Origin: Eutreptiella sp. 'Long Island Sound 2002'
Lineage: Eukaryota; Protista; Euglenida
NCBI GenBank assembly: GCA_964036045.1
Contig: OZ038378.1
Location: forward strand, 104,904,001-104,968,000
Reading direction: 5' to 3'
Length of the DNA stretch: 64,000 bases
The translations under genes and the position numbers were made by a program. The notes beneath the pieces were generated by a model that worked only from the letters and a program-made list of their open reading frames with translations, searched no databases and had not been told where the DNA came from. Below are positions 48,401 to 60,085 of the stretch, in pieces (within the stretch, counting starts at the first letter, position 1; every line of letters begins with the position of its first letter).

Positions 48401-50186
48401 TAATTTACATGCCACACACATGTAAAAAAAAATTATTTTTTTTTGATCTTGATATATTCATAGGGCAATTCCCCCCCAGGCGACCACACTGGTCCCTGGC
48501 ACTCCTCGTAGCCTCTGGTGACCAAACCAAGGGCGCTGCAGGGCCTTCCGCCCTGACTGATGGCGCTTAGGCGCACATATTGGCCCTTTTTCTCCATGGG
48601 CATGGAAATCAATAATTCAATAAATTCGGAAAAAATTATTTAGGGTCAAACCCAAGGCGACGACTTCCTCGCGCCTGAATTTAGGGCCATTTCCTGCCCA
48701 AGGCGACGAATTCTTCGTGCCTTTTAGGGTCGATTCCCAACCCAGGGTGACGAATGAACGCACCTGATTTGGGGGATTTAGGGTCATTTCCTACCCATGG
48801 CGCCCCACGCCTATCTAGGAAGGGACCTCCCGGAGGGTCAACCAACCCAAGGCGACGAATTAACGCGCCTGATTTGGTTACTGGTGGACGAGCAGCGCCT
48901 TCCGCGCAGCATGCTGTCGTCGCTTCAAGGATCAACCATCATAGAAGTCCACGCCACTTGTCAGGCTGCTGCAGGGTCCAGAATTCCTCAACACCTCTGC
49001 TGGGATCGTCGTCGTCACCGCAGGAGCTCCTGGAGCTGATCTCAGGGCTGTCGTCGTCGCTGCTGTTGCCTTGGGGGCCAGTCTTGGCCCAGGCGTCCAT
49101 TCTTGCACTGTATTTCCACCAGTGCAATACCTTAGGCTGCAGTCTGTTGCGCTGCGGGAGTTGTCGAAAACCAGGCAGCAGGATACCACCTCAACGTTGT
49201 GGGAGCTCATCGACAGGACCACAAGTGAACCACGCGGACAGCGGCAAGACCATTTTGAAGCATTTTCGGCGGGGGTGATGTCCGTGCGTCCACAGGAAAA
49301 TTCAAAATTCTTCAACCCATCACCCCAACCCCTCCAAGTACTACATGAAGTCTATTCCAAACTTCGATTCCATTGGAGTTGCGTAAATGGTCTTGGAATC
49401 CTTGCTCACACCACGGGGAACGTCCGCGGACACAATCTGGCGTCTATGGACAAAGAAATGGTATATGTAACAAAATAGATGCGTTGACATGTACAATGTA
49501 TATGTATCACCTCTAAACTATAAAATAGCTTAAAAAGGAAGACGAAATGAAGGCGACGGCGTCGCCGCCATCAGAAAACCTGACGGCTACGAGGCGTCGC
49601 CATCAGGATCTCCACTGAGATCCTGCCCAAACTGGGCCAACCAGTGGTTTTTGGGCGAAAAACAATGAAATAAAGTGATTTTTGAGTCAAAAACACTCAC
49701 TTTGCGCGTCTCCCCCCAACGCGTCGCGTAGCCGACACGACGCGTTTCTGTACCAATTCAACCTACATATGAAAAGGCCCACTGTTGGGCTACGCCATGG
49801 GCGTCTGGGCGATTCCTGGAATCGCCTCAGCATTTTTTTGAAAAATGCGTGAACGTGCTACTTTTCGCAAAAATGGACCTTCGCGGAACGCCGCGAAAAA
49901 GGTCACGCTACAATTTTTTAGTTCTAAAAACGATAAAACAATAATAAAATTGCCTAAAATCTTTAGAAATCGAGAGTTAAATTCTCGATCTGGGGCTGCG
50001 TCGCGCAGGCGACGACTGTCGTCGCCAGCCCAAAAAAGACGTAAAATAACGATATCTGGGGTATTTTACAAAAATCCCACAGAAATCAAGATGCCGTAGC
50101 ATCAACAGGAAAATTCCTGATCTGGCCTGGCGAAGAGCGCCACACGCTGTGCAGCGGGTATGGGTGAAGCACCGCATACCGCTTCA
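45443..50186 (-). mobile_element. Non-autonomous LTR element as a tandem array LTR-I-LTR-I-LTR (TRIM/LARD-like)
   Basis: LTRs at 45443-46364, 47346-48276 and 49256-50186, each TGAAGC...GCTTCA. 4-bp TSD CAAC at 45439-45442 and 50187-50190. Minus-strand PPT AAGGAGGGGG(G) next to the LTRs and PBS-like TGGTCTTGCCGC after them. The ~980-bp internal regions have no pol. Confidence 0.93.
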
Positions 50187-50190
50187 CAAC

Positions 50191-52440
50191 GCCACAGATA
50201 GTGCTGTGCACACCCTGCTTGATCTTATCCTGCAGCTTTGAGGTCACCCAGGCGATCATGCAATCAGCGATCCACCTGTTAACGAGCTGCTGCACCTTGA
50301 TGGGTGCATGTCCCCCAACCAGATGCACCACCCAGTGAAATTTCTCGGCGTAGGCCGCCTTTTCCGACCGATCCCCAGGGGATGCGGACGCAATTTCTCT
50401 TCGCGACCATCTTGAGGGGCCTTCCCAGGGAAGATCAGGCCAACTGCTGCACGATCCGCTGCCCAATGCTCACCGGATCCTGGCACGTCGACGAAGCGGA
50501 CTCGGTCTTTCGCAGCCTCGGCTTCGGCAAGCTTGCGCCAGTACAATGGGGGCAACTCGGCGAGCAAATGCTCCATCTCGGACAGGTCAGCGAAGTGCTC
50601 AACCCGCGTTCTCAATCGTTTGTACTTCCTGAAATAACTTGCCGATCCGCTGTACGGGCCTGCCGCAGCTGGAATTCGTATGAGGGGAAGACCTTCTTGG
50701 GGGCCCGGGGCGTTCCAGAAACACCGCATCCTGTACAAAATTCCAGGCCTCAGAGAAGCTCACTGTGAGGCGATCGGAGAACAACAACTGGAGGCACTCT
50801 CGCAGCGAGGGGATCCAATGCTGAATCACGAGATCTCGCTTGGCCCTGTCGTCCCGGGTATCCGGGCAACCAATGAGCTTGTAGAAGTTCCAGCTGTCCC
50901 AGATCATCTCCGTCTACGAGAATTAATCGGGGTTGAGGTGAAAGTTGGGGGTCCTCATCTCCGTTGAGTAATCAAAGATGTTGGCTCTGCCAGGGAAGGA
51001 GGCGGTTATGAGCGTGGTGGAGGCCACTGGGGGGCATCACGGGCACCCTTGAAGGTGACCCATGAAGAATGGGCTGCACCATGGCTTGAAGCAAACCACC
51101 AAACTCTCTCGTGACCCGGAACTCCAACAGTCCGAGGGAATTCTTGCCTGGGGAGGAGTAGGGCGGGGGGTAGCCCGCCGTCTGGGCGTGATTCGTACAT
51201 GGAGTAGTAGGGATCCGGCCTGGGCTATGCGGTGGAAGTGGAAAATGAGGGTCAAGAGACCACATTTTCGGGACACGATGGGGCCATCAGAGAGGAAGAT
51301 GGGTGGCTGAGGCCGAAGCTGTCGCTGGGGGCACTGTAATGGGTGGAGGAGGCATAAGTTGGACCAGGCGGCACGTCTGGCACGTGCTCAGGCGCTGGAG
51401 GTGAGGGGACCAGAGGTACATGGGCGCAGGCCGGTTCTAGAGAAGGTCCTGGTCGTGAAACTGAAGGGGCGGAAGGCTGGTTGCAGCAGATCACACGGGT
51501 TTCAGGCGACACTGGCGCCCACAGCCAGCGCAGCGCCTACAACACCCGTCTGCAATTCTACCCTGCACCTTGCGCTGGAACTGGCCCACACATGCGGTCA
51601 TCTTGTCCAAGCTGCCCATTATCTTTGTCAGCAGCTCGCAGAGCTTGTGGAAGTTCTCCCGCAGCCGCCGCACCTCAGCAAGTGGGGTGCCATGAGGGGT
51701 CAGACCCGCAAGGGGATTGGGGAGCAACAGAGGCAACAAACTGGGCCCGACCATGGACAACAAGCCCTGTTTCTCGTTGACCTTCAGCTACTCGACCGCC
51801 GCCAAGACACGCAGGCGCAACCCCTTCTCTCATGGGCTGATCGTCGCCATCTCCTGGGGGTTTGCCCCATTCTGCTTGGTGCTTGCCGCACCTCAGGTGG
51901 CTTGGGCGGTCCTGCTTTGCTTCCCAGAACCGCGCCACTTCCAGATCCTCCACGTCAGGGAACGGCACGTCTTGGTACTTGGCTGTCAGGGCGCAGAGGA
52001 CGGCTTCTTTGTCTTCTTCTGCCGCGTCCAACCCATAATCTGACCCACAGTACACCACATCTACTTCCCTGTAGTGGGAGTCCCCTGGTTCTGAGGTGCC
52101 TGACTCCATGTCAGGCATCGGCACTACACCCAACCCACTCTCTGAATGCATTTTCTTCGGCCTTCTACCAACACTTGCATGTTGAAGCACTGACCTCTCC
52201 AGACTCCCTTGCAACAAACTCAGGTCGACAGACGTCTGCAGGAGTTCCAACTCATGCACAGAGGCCAAGCCTCTGCTACCATGAGGCATCTCCCGGGATG
52301 CTAGGACCTTCTCACCCAATTCGTGATTCACACAGCAAACACAAGGAACATTAACAGGCAAAAGAATCTGATAGAGGGCTTCAGAGTCAAATGGTGTGAT
52401 ATAACCCTTAATTGAGTACATAATTGGCCAATTAATCACA
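50191..52440 (-). pseudogene. gag-like/ORF1 region of the left gypsy copy, continuing at 45438 beyond the LTR array
   Basis: Homologous (reverse complement) to 56100-58390. Peptides IWDSWNFYKLIGCPD...DLVIQHWIPSLR and YFRKYKRLRTRVEHFADLSE lie upstream of the protease. Confidence 0.55.
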
Positions 52441-53159
52441 GAATCACGGTTATTTCACCTACAATTGATCCCATTTGGCTAATGTCATATCATGGCTGAA
52501 ATCGGGCAATCTGAAGGAAATGAATCAAATTCATAACCAGTTGGGATCAGCATGCGCAGCATGTATCATTGCTCATTCATGACATGAATCGGGGCAATTG
52601 GGGGAAATATGCATGATGTCATGATAGATCCTCCATCAGCAATTGAAAATCAGATTCCGGTTGAAAATGGCAAAATAACACAACAGTAATCAAATATCGA
52701 CCCCAGCGTTGGCACCTCTGAAGACAATGGTACAGGTCACTTTCCCATCTGAAAAGTCGCATGATGGTCAATTTGCAGATCTTCCGTGTCATGAATTGAA
52801 ATGATGAATGATGGGTGGATGACTGATCCACAGCGCGTTTAACGCGCGCGATCTGCGACAAATGAATTTGCCGCATCGCAGCCGGAAAACGATGTGAAAG
52901 TCCACGAAATTGCGATCGGAAAGTATAAATTGTCATTTTGTAGTCATTATCTGCAGTACATGAAAGAATCTGCCAATCTCAACCACTTTCGAATAAGTCT
53001 GTGATTTGTGGTGCCAACCTCCATAGTAAATTGGAGCAACGACCCTGCTTCCAATTGCTGGTGACCAATAGTGCATTGATACTATATTAGACTGTGATAC
53101 GAACTTCTTAAGAGCCTCTAGGTGTGACGTTTGTGAGCTTTTGTTGACTCAGGGCGTCA

Positions 53160-55250
53160 GGACCCAAAAACCCATTTTTCGCCCAAAAATGGCCAGAACA
53201 TGCCAATTTACATCCCAAATCAGTGTCTTTTGGGTCCACTTGGTCAGTTGGTGCCCCCGTATCCAATTTGGAGGGTGCTGGACTCCAAAAAAAACATGTG
53301 TCGCATGCCATTCAACCCATTCAACAAGTGTTTCAGGGCCGCCACCACCAAAAAAACATAATTTTTCCCCAAAAAGTGGTCAAAAAATGCCAATCTCTAG
53401 CCCAAATCAGTGTTTTCTGGGCCCGCGTGGTGAGCCTTTGTACCACCTACTCTATTTTCAGGGTGCTGGACTCAAAAGAAGATGTGCGGCATGCCATTGC
53501 ACCGATTTCACAGGTGTTTCAGGGGCGCCAGCACCCAACAAAAACACCATTTTTCGCCGGAAAATGGCCAAAAAGTGCCAATTTTTACCCTAGATCAGTG
53601 TTTTGTGGGTCCGAGTGGTCAGTTGGTGCCCCCTCTACCCTCTTTTGATGATGCTAAATTCAGAAAAAAGGTATTGCATGCCCTTGACCCCATTGAACAA
53701 GTGTTTCAGGTCCGCCATCACCCAAAGAACACTGTTTTTCGCCGTAAAATGGCCAAAAGTGCCAATTTGGGGCCCAAATCAGTGTTTTCTGGGCCTGAAT
53801 GGTCAGTTCGTGCCCCCCCTACCCCCTTTTGAGGTTGCTGACAAGATGTACTGCATGCGATTGAGCCCATTGAACAAGAGTTTCAGTGCCGCCGCCACAA
53901 AAAAACACAATTTTTGCTCGAAAATGGCAAATGTAATCATATCATTTGCAAGCCTCATAAATGCGTGCTATCTAACTTCCCCGGCGGTGTGCCTTTTAAA
54001 CATTCGTAATGAATAATCCAGCGGCATGTGGTCAAATCATTCAACTCTATGGCACATTGCAGATTCTGCACATTGCTGAGTTTTTTTCCAGATCTCAACA
54101 AACATGGCAAATTGGCACTGACACAGTTGTGAAATGGCGTCAATGGCATACAACACATCTTTTGTGGGATCGGGCACCCTCAAAAAAGGGAGCAAGAGCA
54201 CAACCCGACCGCTCAGACCCAGAAAACACTGATTTGAGGTAAAAAATTGGCATTTTTTGGCCATTTGTTTGGCGAAAATGGTGTCCTTTTTAGGGGGTTC
54301 GACACTGAAACACTTGTTAAATGGGCTCAAGGGCATGCAACACATCTTTTCTGACTACAGACCCCTCAAAAAAGGGTAGGGGTGGTACCAACTGACCATC
54401 CGGACCAAGAAAACACTGATTTGAGCTAAAAATTAGCACTTTTTGGTCATGTTCGGCGAAAAATGGTGTTTTTCTGCTGGCGGCGGCCCTTAAACACTTG
54501 TCAACTGCATTCAATGGCATGCAAGACGCCTTGTTTTCAGTCCAGCAACCTCCAAAAGGGGTAGGTGGGGCCTCGAACTGACGACCCAGGCCCAGAAGAC
54601 ACTGATTCGGGCCCCAAATTGGCAATTTTTGGTCATTTTTCACCTTTTTGTGGGCGAAAAATGGTGTTTTTTGGGTGGTGGCGGACCTGAAACACATGTC
54701 CAATGGGTTCAATGGCATGCAACACCTGGTCTTGTGAACTTAGCATTCCCAGAAAAGGGTAGGGGGGGCACCAACTGACCACTCGCACCCAGAAAACACT
54801 GATCTAGGGTAAAAGTTGGCATTTGTTTGCCATTTCCCGGCGAAAAAAGGTGTTTTTTTGGTGGTTGCGGCCCTGAAACACTTGTGAAATGGGTTCAATA
54901 GCATGCTGCACATCTTCTTTTGAGTCGAACAGCCTCACAATAGGGTAGGGGGTACAAAGGCTGACCACCCGGACCCAGAAAACACTGATATGGGCTAAAG
55001 ATTGGCATCTTTCAACAACTTTTAGGGCGAAAATGGTTTTTTTTGGTGGCGGCGGCCCTGAAACACTTGTTAAATGGGTTCAATGGCATGCAACACCTTT
55101 TGTTCGGAGTCCAAAACACTCCGAATCGGATACAGGGGCACCAACTGACCACGTGGACTCAAAAGACACTGATTTGGGATGTAAATTGGCATTTTCGGGC
55201 CATTTTTGGGCGAAAAAATGGTTTTTTGGGTCCTGACGCCCTGAGTCAAC
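53160..55250. repeat. ~186-bp satellite-like units with a polarity switch at the centre of the inverted duplication
   Basis: A(A/G)ATCAGTGT near 53217, 53404, 53592 and 53776; the reverse complement ACACTGAT near 54225, 54413, 54598, 54796, 54984 and 55165. A non-repeat spacer lies at ~53920-54130. Confidence 0.9.
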
Positions 55251-56104
55251 AAAAGCTCACAAACGTCACACCTAGCAGCTCTCAAGAACTTCTAATCACA
55301 GTCTCATATAGTACCCATGCACTAATGGTCACCAGCAATAGGAAGCAGGGTAGTTGCTCCAATTTACTATGGAGGTTGGTACCACAAATCACAGATTTAT
55401 TGGAAAGTGGTTGAGATTGGCAGATTCTCTGATGTACTGCAGATAATGACTACGAAATGACAATTTCTCCTTTCCAATCGTAATTTCGTGGATTTTCAAA
55501 TCGTTTTCCAGCTGCGATGCGGCAAATTGATTTGTCCCAGATTGCACGCGTTAAACGCGCTGTGGATCAGTCATCCACCCATCATTCGTCATTTCAATTC
55601 ATGAGACGGAAGATCTGCAAATTGACCATCATGCCACTGTCTCAGATGGGAAGGTGACCTGTACCATTGTCTTCAGAGGTGCCAAGGCTGGGGTCGATAT
55701 TTGATTACTTTTGTGTAATTTTGTTTTCTTCGACCGGAATCTGATTTTCAATTGCTGATGAAGGGTCCATCATGACATCATGCATATTTCCCCCCATTGC
55801 CCCGATTCATGTCATGAATGAGCAATGATACATGCTGCGCATGCTGATCCCAACTGGTTATGAATTTGATTCATTTCCATCAGATTGCCCCCTTTCAGCC
55901 ATGATCTGACATTAGCCGAATGGGATCAATTGTATGTGAAATACCCTTGATTTTGTGATTAAACGGCCAATTAGGTACTGAATTAAGGGTTATATCAGGC
56001 CATTTGACTCCCAGGCCCTCTATCAGATTTCTTTGCCTGTTAATGTTCCTTGTATTTGTTATGTGGATGAAGAATAGGATGAGAAGGTCCTGGCATCCCG
56101 GAAT

Positions 56105-59100
56105 ATGCCTCATGGTAGCAGAGGCTTGGCCTCTGTGCATGAACTGAATCTCCTGCAGCCGTCTGCTGACCTGAGTTTGTTGCAAGGGAGTCTGGAGAGC
56201 TCAGTGCTTCAACATGCGAGTGTTGGTGAAAGGCCGAAGATAATGCATTCAGAGAGTGGGTTGGGTGTAGTGCCGATGCCCGACATGGAGTCGGGCACCT
56301 CAGAACCAGGGGACTCCCACTACAGGGAAGTAGATGTGGCGTACTGTGGGTCAGATTATGGCCTGGACGTGGCAGAAGAAGACGAAGAAGCCGTCCTCTG
56401 CGCCCTGACAGCCAAGTGCCCAGACTTGCCGTTCCCTGACGTTGAAGATCTGGACGTGGCGTGGTTCTGGGAAGCAAAGCAGGACCGCCAGAGCCACCTG
56501 AGGTGCGCCAAGCAACAAGCGGAATGGGGCAAACACCCTGGGGATGGCGACGACCAGCCCATGAGAGAAGAGGTTGCGCCTGCCGGTCATGGCGGCGGCA
56601 CTAAGGCTGCCAATGTTGTGCCCCTTCCAGATGTTGTCGAGTAGCTGAAGGTTAACGAGGAACTGGGCTTGTTGCCCTTGGTGGGGCCCACTTTGTTGCC
56701 TCCGTTGCTCCCCCATCCTCTTGCGGGTCTGTCTCCCCATGGCGCCCCACTCGCTGAGGTGCGGCGGGTGCGAAGGAGCTTCCACAAGCTCTGCGAGCTG
56801 CTGACGAAGAGGATAGACAACTTGGACAAGATGACCGCACGTGTGGGCCAGTTCCAGCGCAAGGTGCAGGGGTGGTTGCAGCAGATCTGAAATGACACAG
56901 ACGAGATCAAAGCTCTCGATGCGCGATCGACGCAGCTGGAGTTGTTTAAGGACACGCTGCCGGAGTTCGTGAGCACCAACCTCAACCTCAGGATTACAAA
57001 GCTCATGAGGTACCTGGTGTTACACGGGTTTCAGCCGACACTGGCGCCCACACCCAGCGCAACGCCTCCAACAGGAGTCTCCCATTCGACTTCCACCCCT
57101 TCAGTTTCATGACCAGGTCCTTCTCAAGAACCGGCCTGCGCCCATGTGCCTCTGGTCCCCTCACCTCCAGCGCCAGAGCACGTGCCAGACGTTGCGCCCA
57201 GTGCAACGTATGCCCCTTCCACGCGTTACAATGCCCCCAGTCACAGCGTTGGCCTCAGCCACCCATCTTCCTCTCCGATGGCCCCTGCGTGCCCCCGAAA
57301 ATGCGGTCTCTTGACCCTCATTTTCCAGTTGCACAGCATAGCCCAGGCCGGATCCCTGCTACTGCATGTACGAATCACACCCAGACAGCGGGCTACCCCC
57401 CGCCCTACTCCTCCCCAGGCGAGAATTCCCTGGGACTGTTGGAGTTCTGGGTCACCACAGAGTTGGATGGCTTGCCTCAAGCCATGGTACAGCCCATTCG
57501 TCATGGGTGGCCTTCAAGGGTGCCCGTGAAGCCCCCCAGTGGCCTCCACCTGTCTCATGACCGCCTCCTTCCCTGGCAGAGCCGACAAGTTTGATTACGC
57601 AAAGGAGATGAGCCCCCAAAACTTCCACCTCAACCCCGATGAATTCTCGGAGATGGAGAGGATCTGAAACAGCTGGAACTTCTACAAGCTCATGGATTGC
57701 CCGGATGCCCCCGACGACAGGGCCAAGCGAGATCTCGTGATTCAGCTTTGGGTCCCCTCGCTGCGGGACTCCCTCCAGTTGATGTGCTCTGATCCCCGCT
57801 TAGTGAGCTTCTCCGAGGCCTTGGGATTCGTTGTTTCTGGATCGCCCCGGGGTCCCAAAAAAGGACTTCCTCTCATACAAATTCCAGCTGCGGCTGGCTG
57901 AACCCCTCACGTACAGCGGATGGGCAAGTTACATCCGGAAGTACAAACTATTGAGAGCGCGGGTAGTGCACTTCGCTGACCTGTCCGAGAGGGAGCATTT
58001 GCTCGCCGAGTTGCCCCCATTCTACTGGCGAGAGCTTGCTGAAGCCGAGGCTGCGAAAGACCGGGTCCGCTCTGTCGTGAAGGTGACGTGCCAGGATCCG
58101 GTGAGGATTGGGCAGCAGATCGTGCGGCAGATGGCCTGGCCTTCCCTGGGAAGGCCCCTCAAGATGGTGGCGAAGAGAAATTGCGTCCGCATCCACTGTG
58201 GATCTGTCGACCAGGCGGCCTACGCCAGGAAAGTTTACTGTGTGGCGCATCTGGTGGGGGGACATGCACCCATCAGGCTGCAGCAGGTGGTTCACAGGTG
58301 GATCGCTGATTGCATGATCGCCTGGGTGACCTCAAAGCTGCAGAATGAGGTCAAGCAGGGTGTGCTCACCACCAACCGTGGCGTTGCCCCCGCTCGTGTG
58401 CCGACAAATGCCAGCAGCGACGACAAGGAGGACAACATGACCTTCCGCAAGGGGGTAAACCCCCAGGCAAGGACTTGTCCGGTGGAGCCCTGGTCCAAGG
58501 GGTGTCCGAGGAGGACTGGCAAAAGTGGATTACCTCCAGTGGAATTCCCGGATTCGACCAGTTTGTGCACCAGTACCCCTGAGGATCTGGTTGTTACGCC
58601 TGCTAAGAAAGTTTTAGGGCAATCATGCCCCCCAGAAAGGTTCGAGCCACGGCCATAGGAGATGTGAGGTATGGCAGTTGGTCCCGGAGACGAGGCTGCG
58701 GACACCCTAGGGGCGACTCCCCCAATTTACGAGGGTGTTGGTTGCCAGATAGAAGGCCGATTACGCGGTGGCGCTCACCGATGAGCAGCGCAAGAAGGAG
58801 AAGGAGATGTTGAAGACGCTACTCAAGTCAACGCCCAACAAGGGGGAAGACAAGGAGAAGAACACGGGTGGCCAGACAGCAGCAAATAAGGGGGGCCATT
58901 GCATCAATACAGGCCCAGTGAGGGGAACGCTGATGGCCGGCGCAATTGCCATCTCCTGCCATCCACCAGAGAATGGTCTTGCATGATGTTCCCCCCAACA
59001 TGCCAGCACCGAAGGCGATTGTCCTCTCCTCATCCCTGGCCGAGCTTCTGCGAACTGACACAGCCTCGATTGCACCCAGGTTCTTCTCACATTCTCGGCA

Positions 59101-60085
59101 ACCCTGTTCGATGAGACCACCAGAGATATACTTGTTTTGGTGGACTTGAGAGCCCAGGTGAATCTTGTTTGCCGTGGACTCCTCAACACATCTCTTCTCT
59201 GCACCAATTCCCAGCCGGTTCGGCTCAAAGTTGCCAACGGCACCTGCATATTTGGAGGTTGTGAAGAGGCAAATCTCAGCGTACACTTCTGGCAGTCTCA
59301 TTCGGCACAAGTTGACTCCTCTGCCACGCCCGCAGAGTTCTCTGATGTGTTCTATCAGGCCAACATCTCAGGCTACGACTTCGCTGTGGGATGCCCTCTC
59401 ATGGTCCACAATTCCATTGGCTCGCTGCCACACCGTCGATGCCTCTGATCGAGTGAGGGGACGTTTTATTTTACCTTATACCCAGATCTCAGGGTGACCT
59501 TTTTGCCATAGAGACAATCCCCCCATGCATGCCTCAGGATGTGCTGCCAGATCGACCCACGCGTTGGATTACCAGCTCCTACACCATCAAATTACAGCAT
59601 CTTCAGACGTGGCTCCAGCATATTGGCCGCCCAACGCAGACCGTGGACGCCTTCCCCTCGGCCGCTAACCACCGATTCCCTCGGTACTGGACCGAAATGG
59701 ACGGTGCATGGCAGCAAAAATGGTGCAAGCCATTAATCTTTGCCAATCAGCCAATCCCTGGTCCGAAGGGCTCGAACAGATTGTGCAGAAGTTCATCTCG
59801 GACAAGGCCCAGGGGAATTCGCTCCTCCTGGATTATTCATCCACCTGCCCATCCAAAGAGGCCGCCTATCGTGGCGCATTGAACTCCATTACCTTGGCGG
59901 GTTGCACATTTCCGCCCCACACCAAGCTGTTCTTGTCAGAAAATGGCAAAGCATCGGGTCCCACGCCTTGGAGTGGGGGTACCTGGGCTATTTGGGTTGA
60001 CGGAACCTTGACGCCGTGCCATCAGAGGTGGACACTGCCAGAATTTCAGCTGTGCGATTCCGATATGAGGAGGACACCGACCTGA
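56105..60085 (+). pseudogene. Right gypsy copy: gag-like region, protease and Dam-like methyltransferase (RT not present)
   Basis: LVDLRAQVNLVCRGLL (decayed PR); VDAFPSAANHRFPRYWTEMDGAWQQKWCKPLIFAN/PWSEGLEQIVQKFISDKAQ. Homology to the left arm ends near 60217. Confidence 0.75.

Noticed and set aside
46771-49478. ORFs in the LTR-array interior as gag or env
   Set aside because: They are short, overlap on both strands and have no recognisable retroviral motif.
53108-55414. ORFs of 70-150 aa across the satellite
   Set aside because: They are translations of the 186-bp repeat on both strands with no consistent frame.
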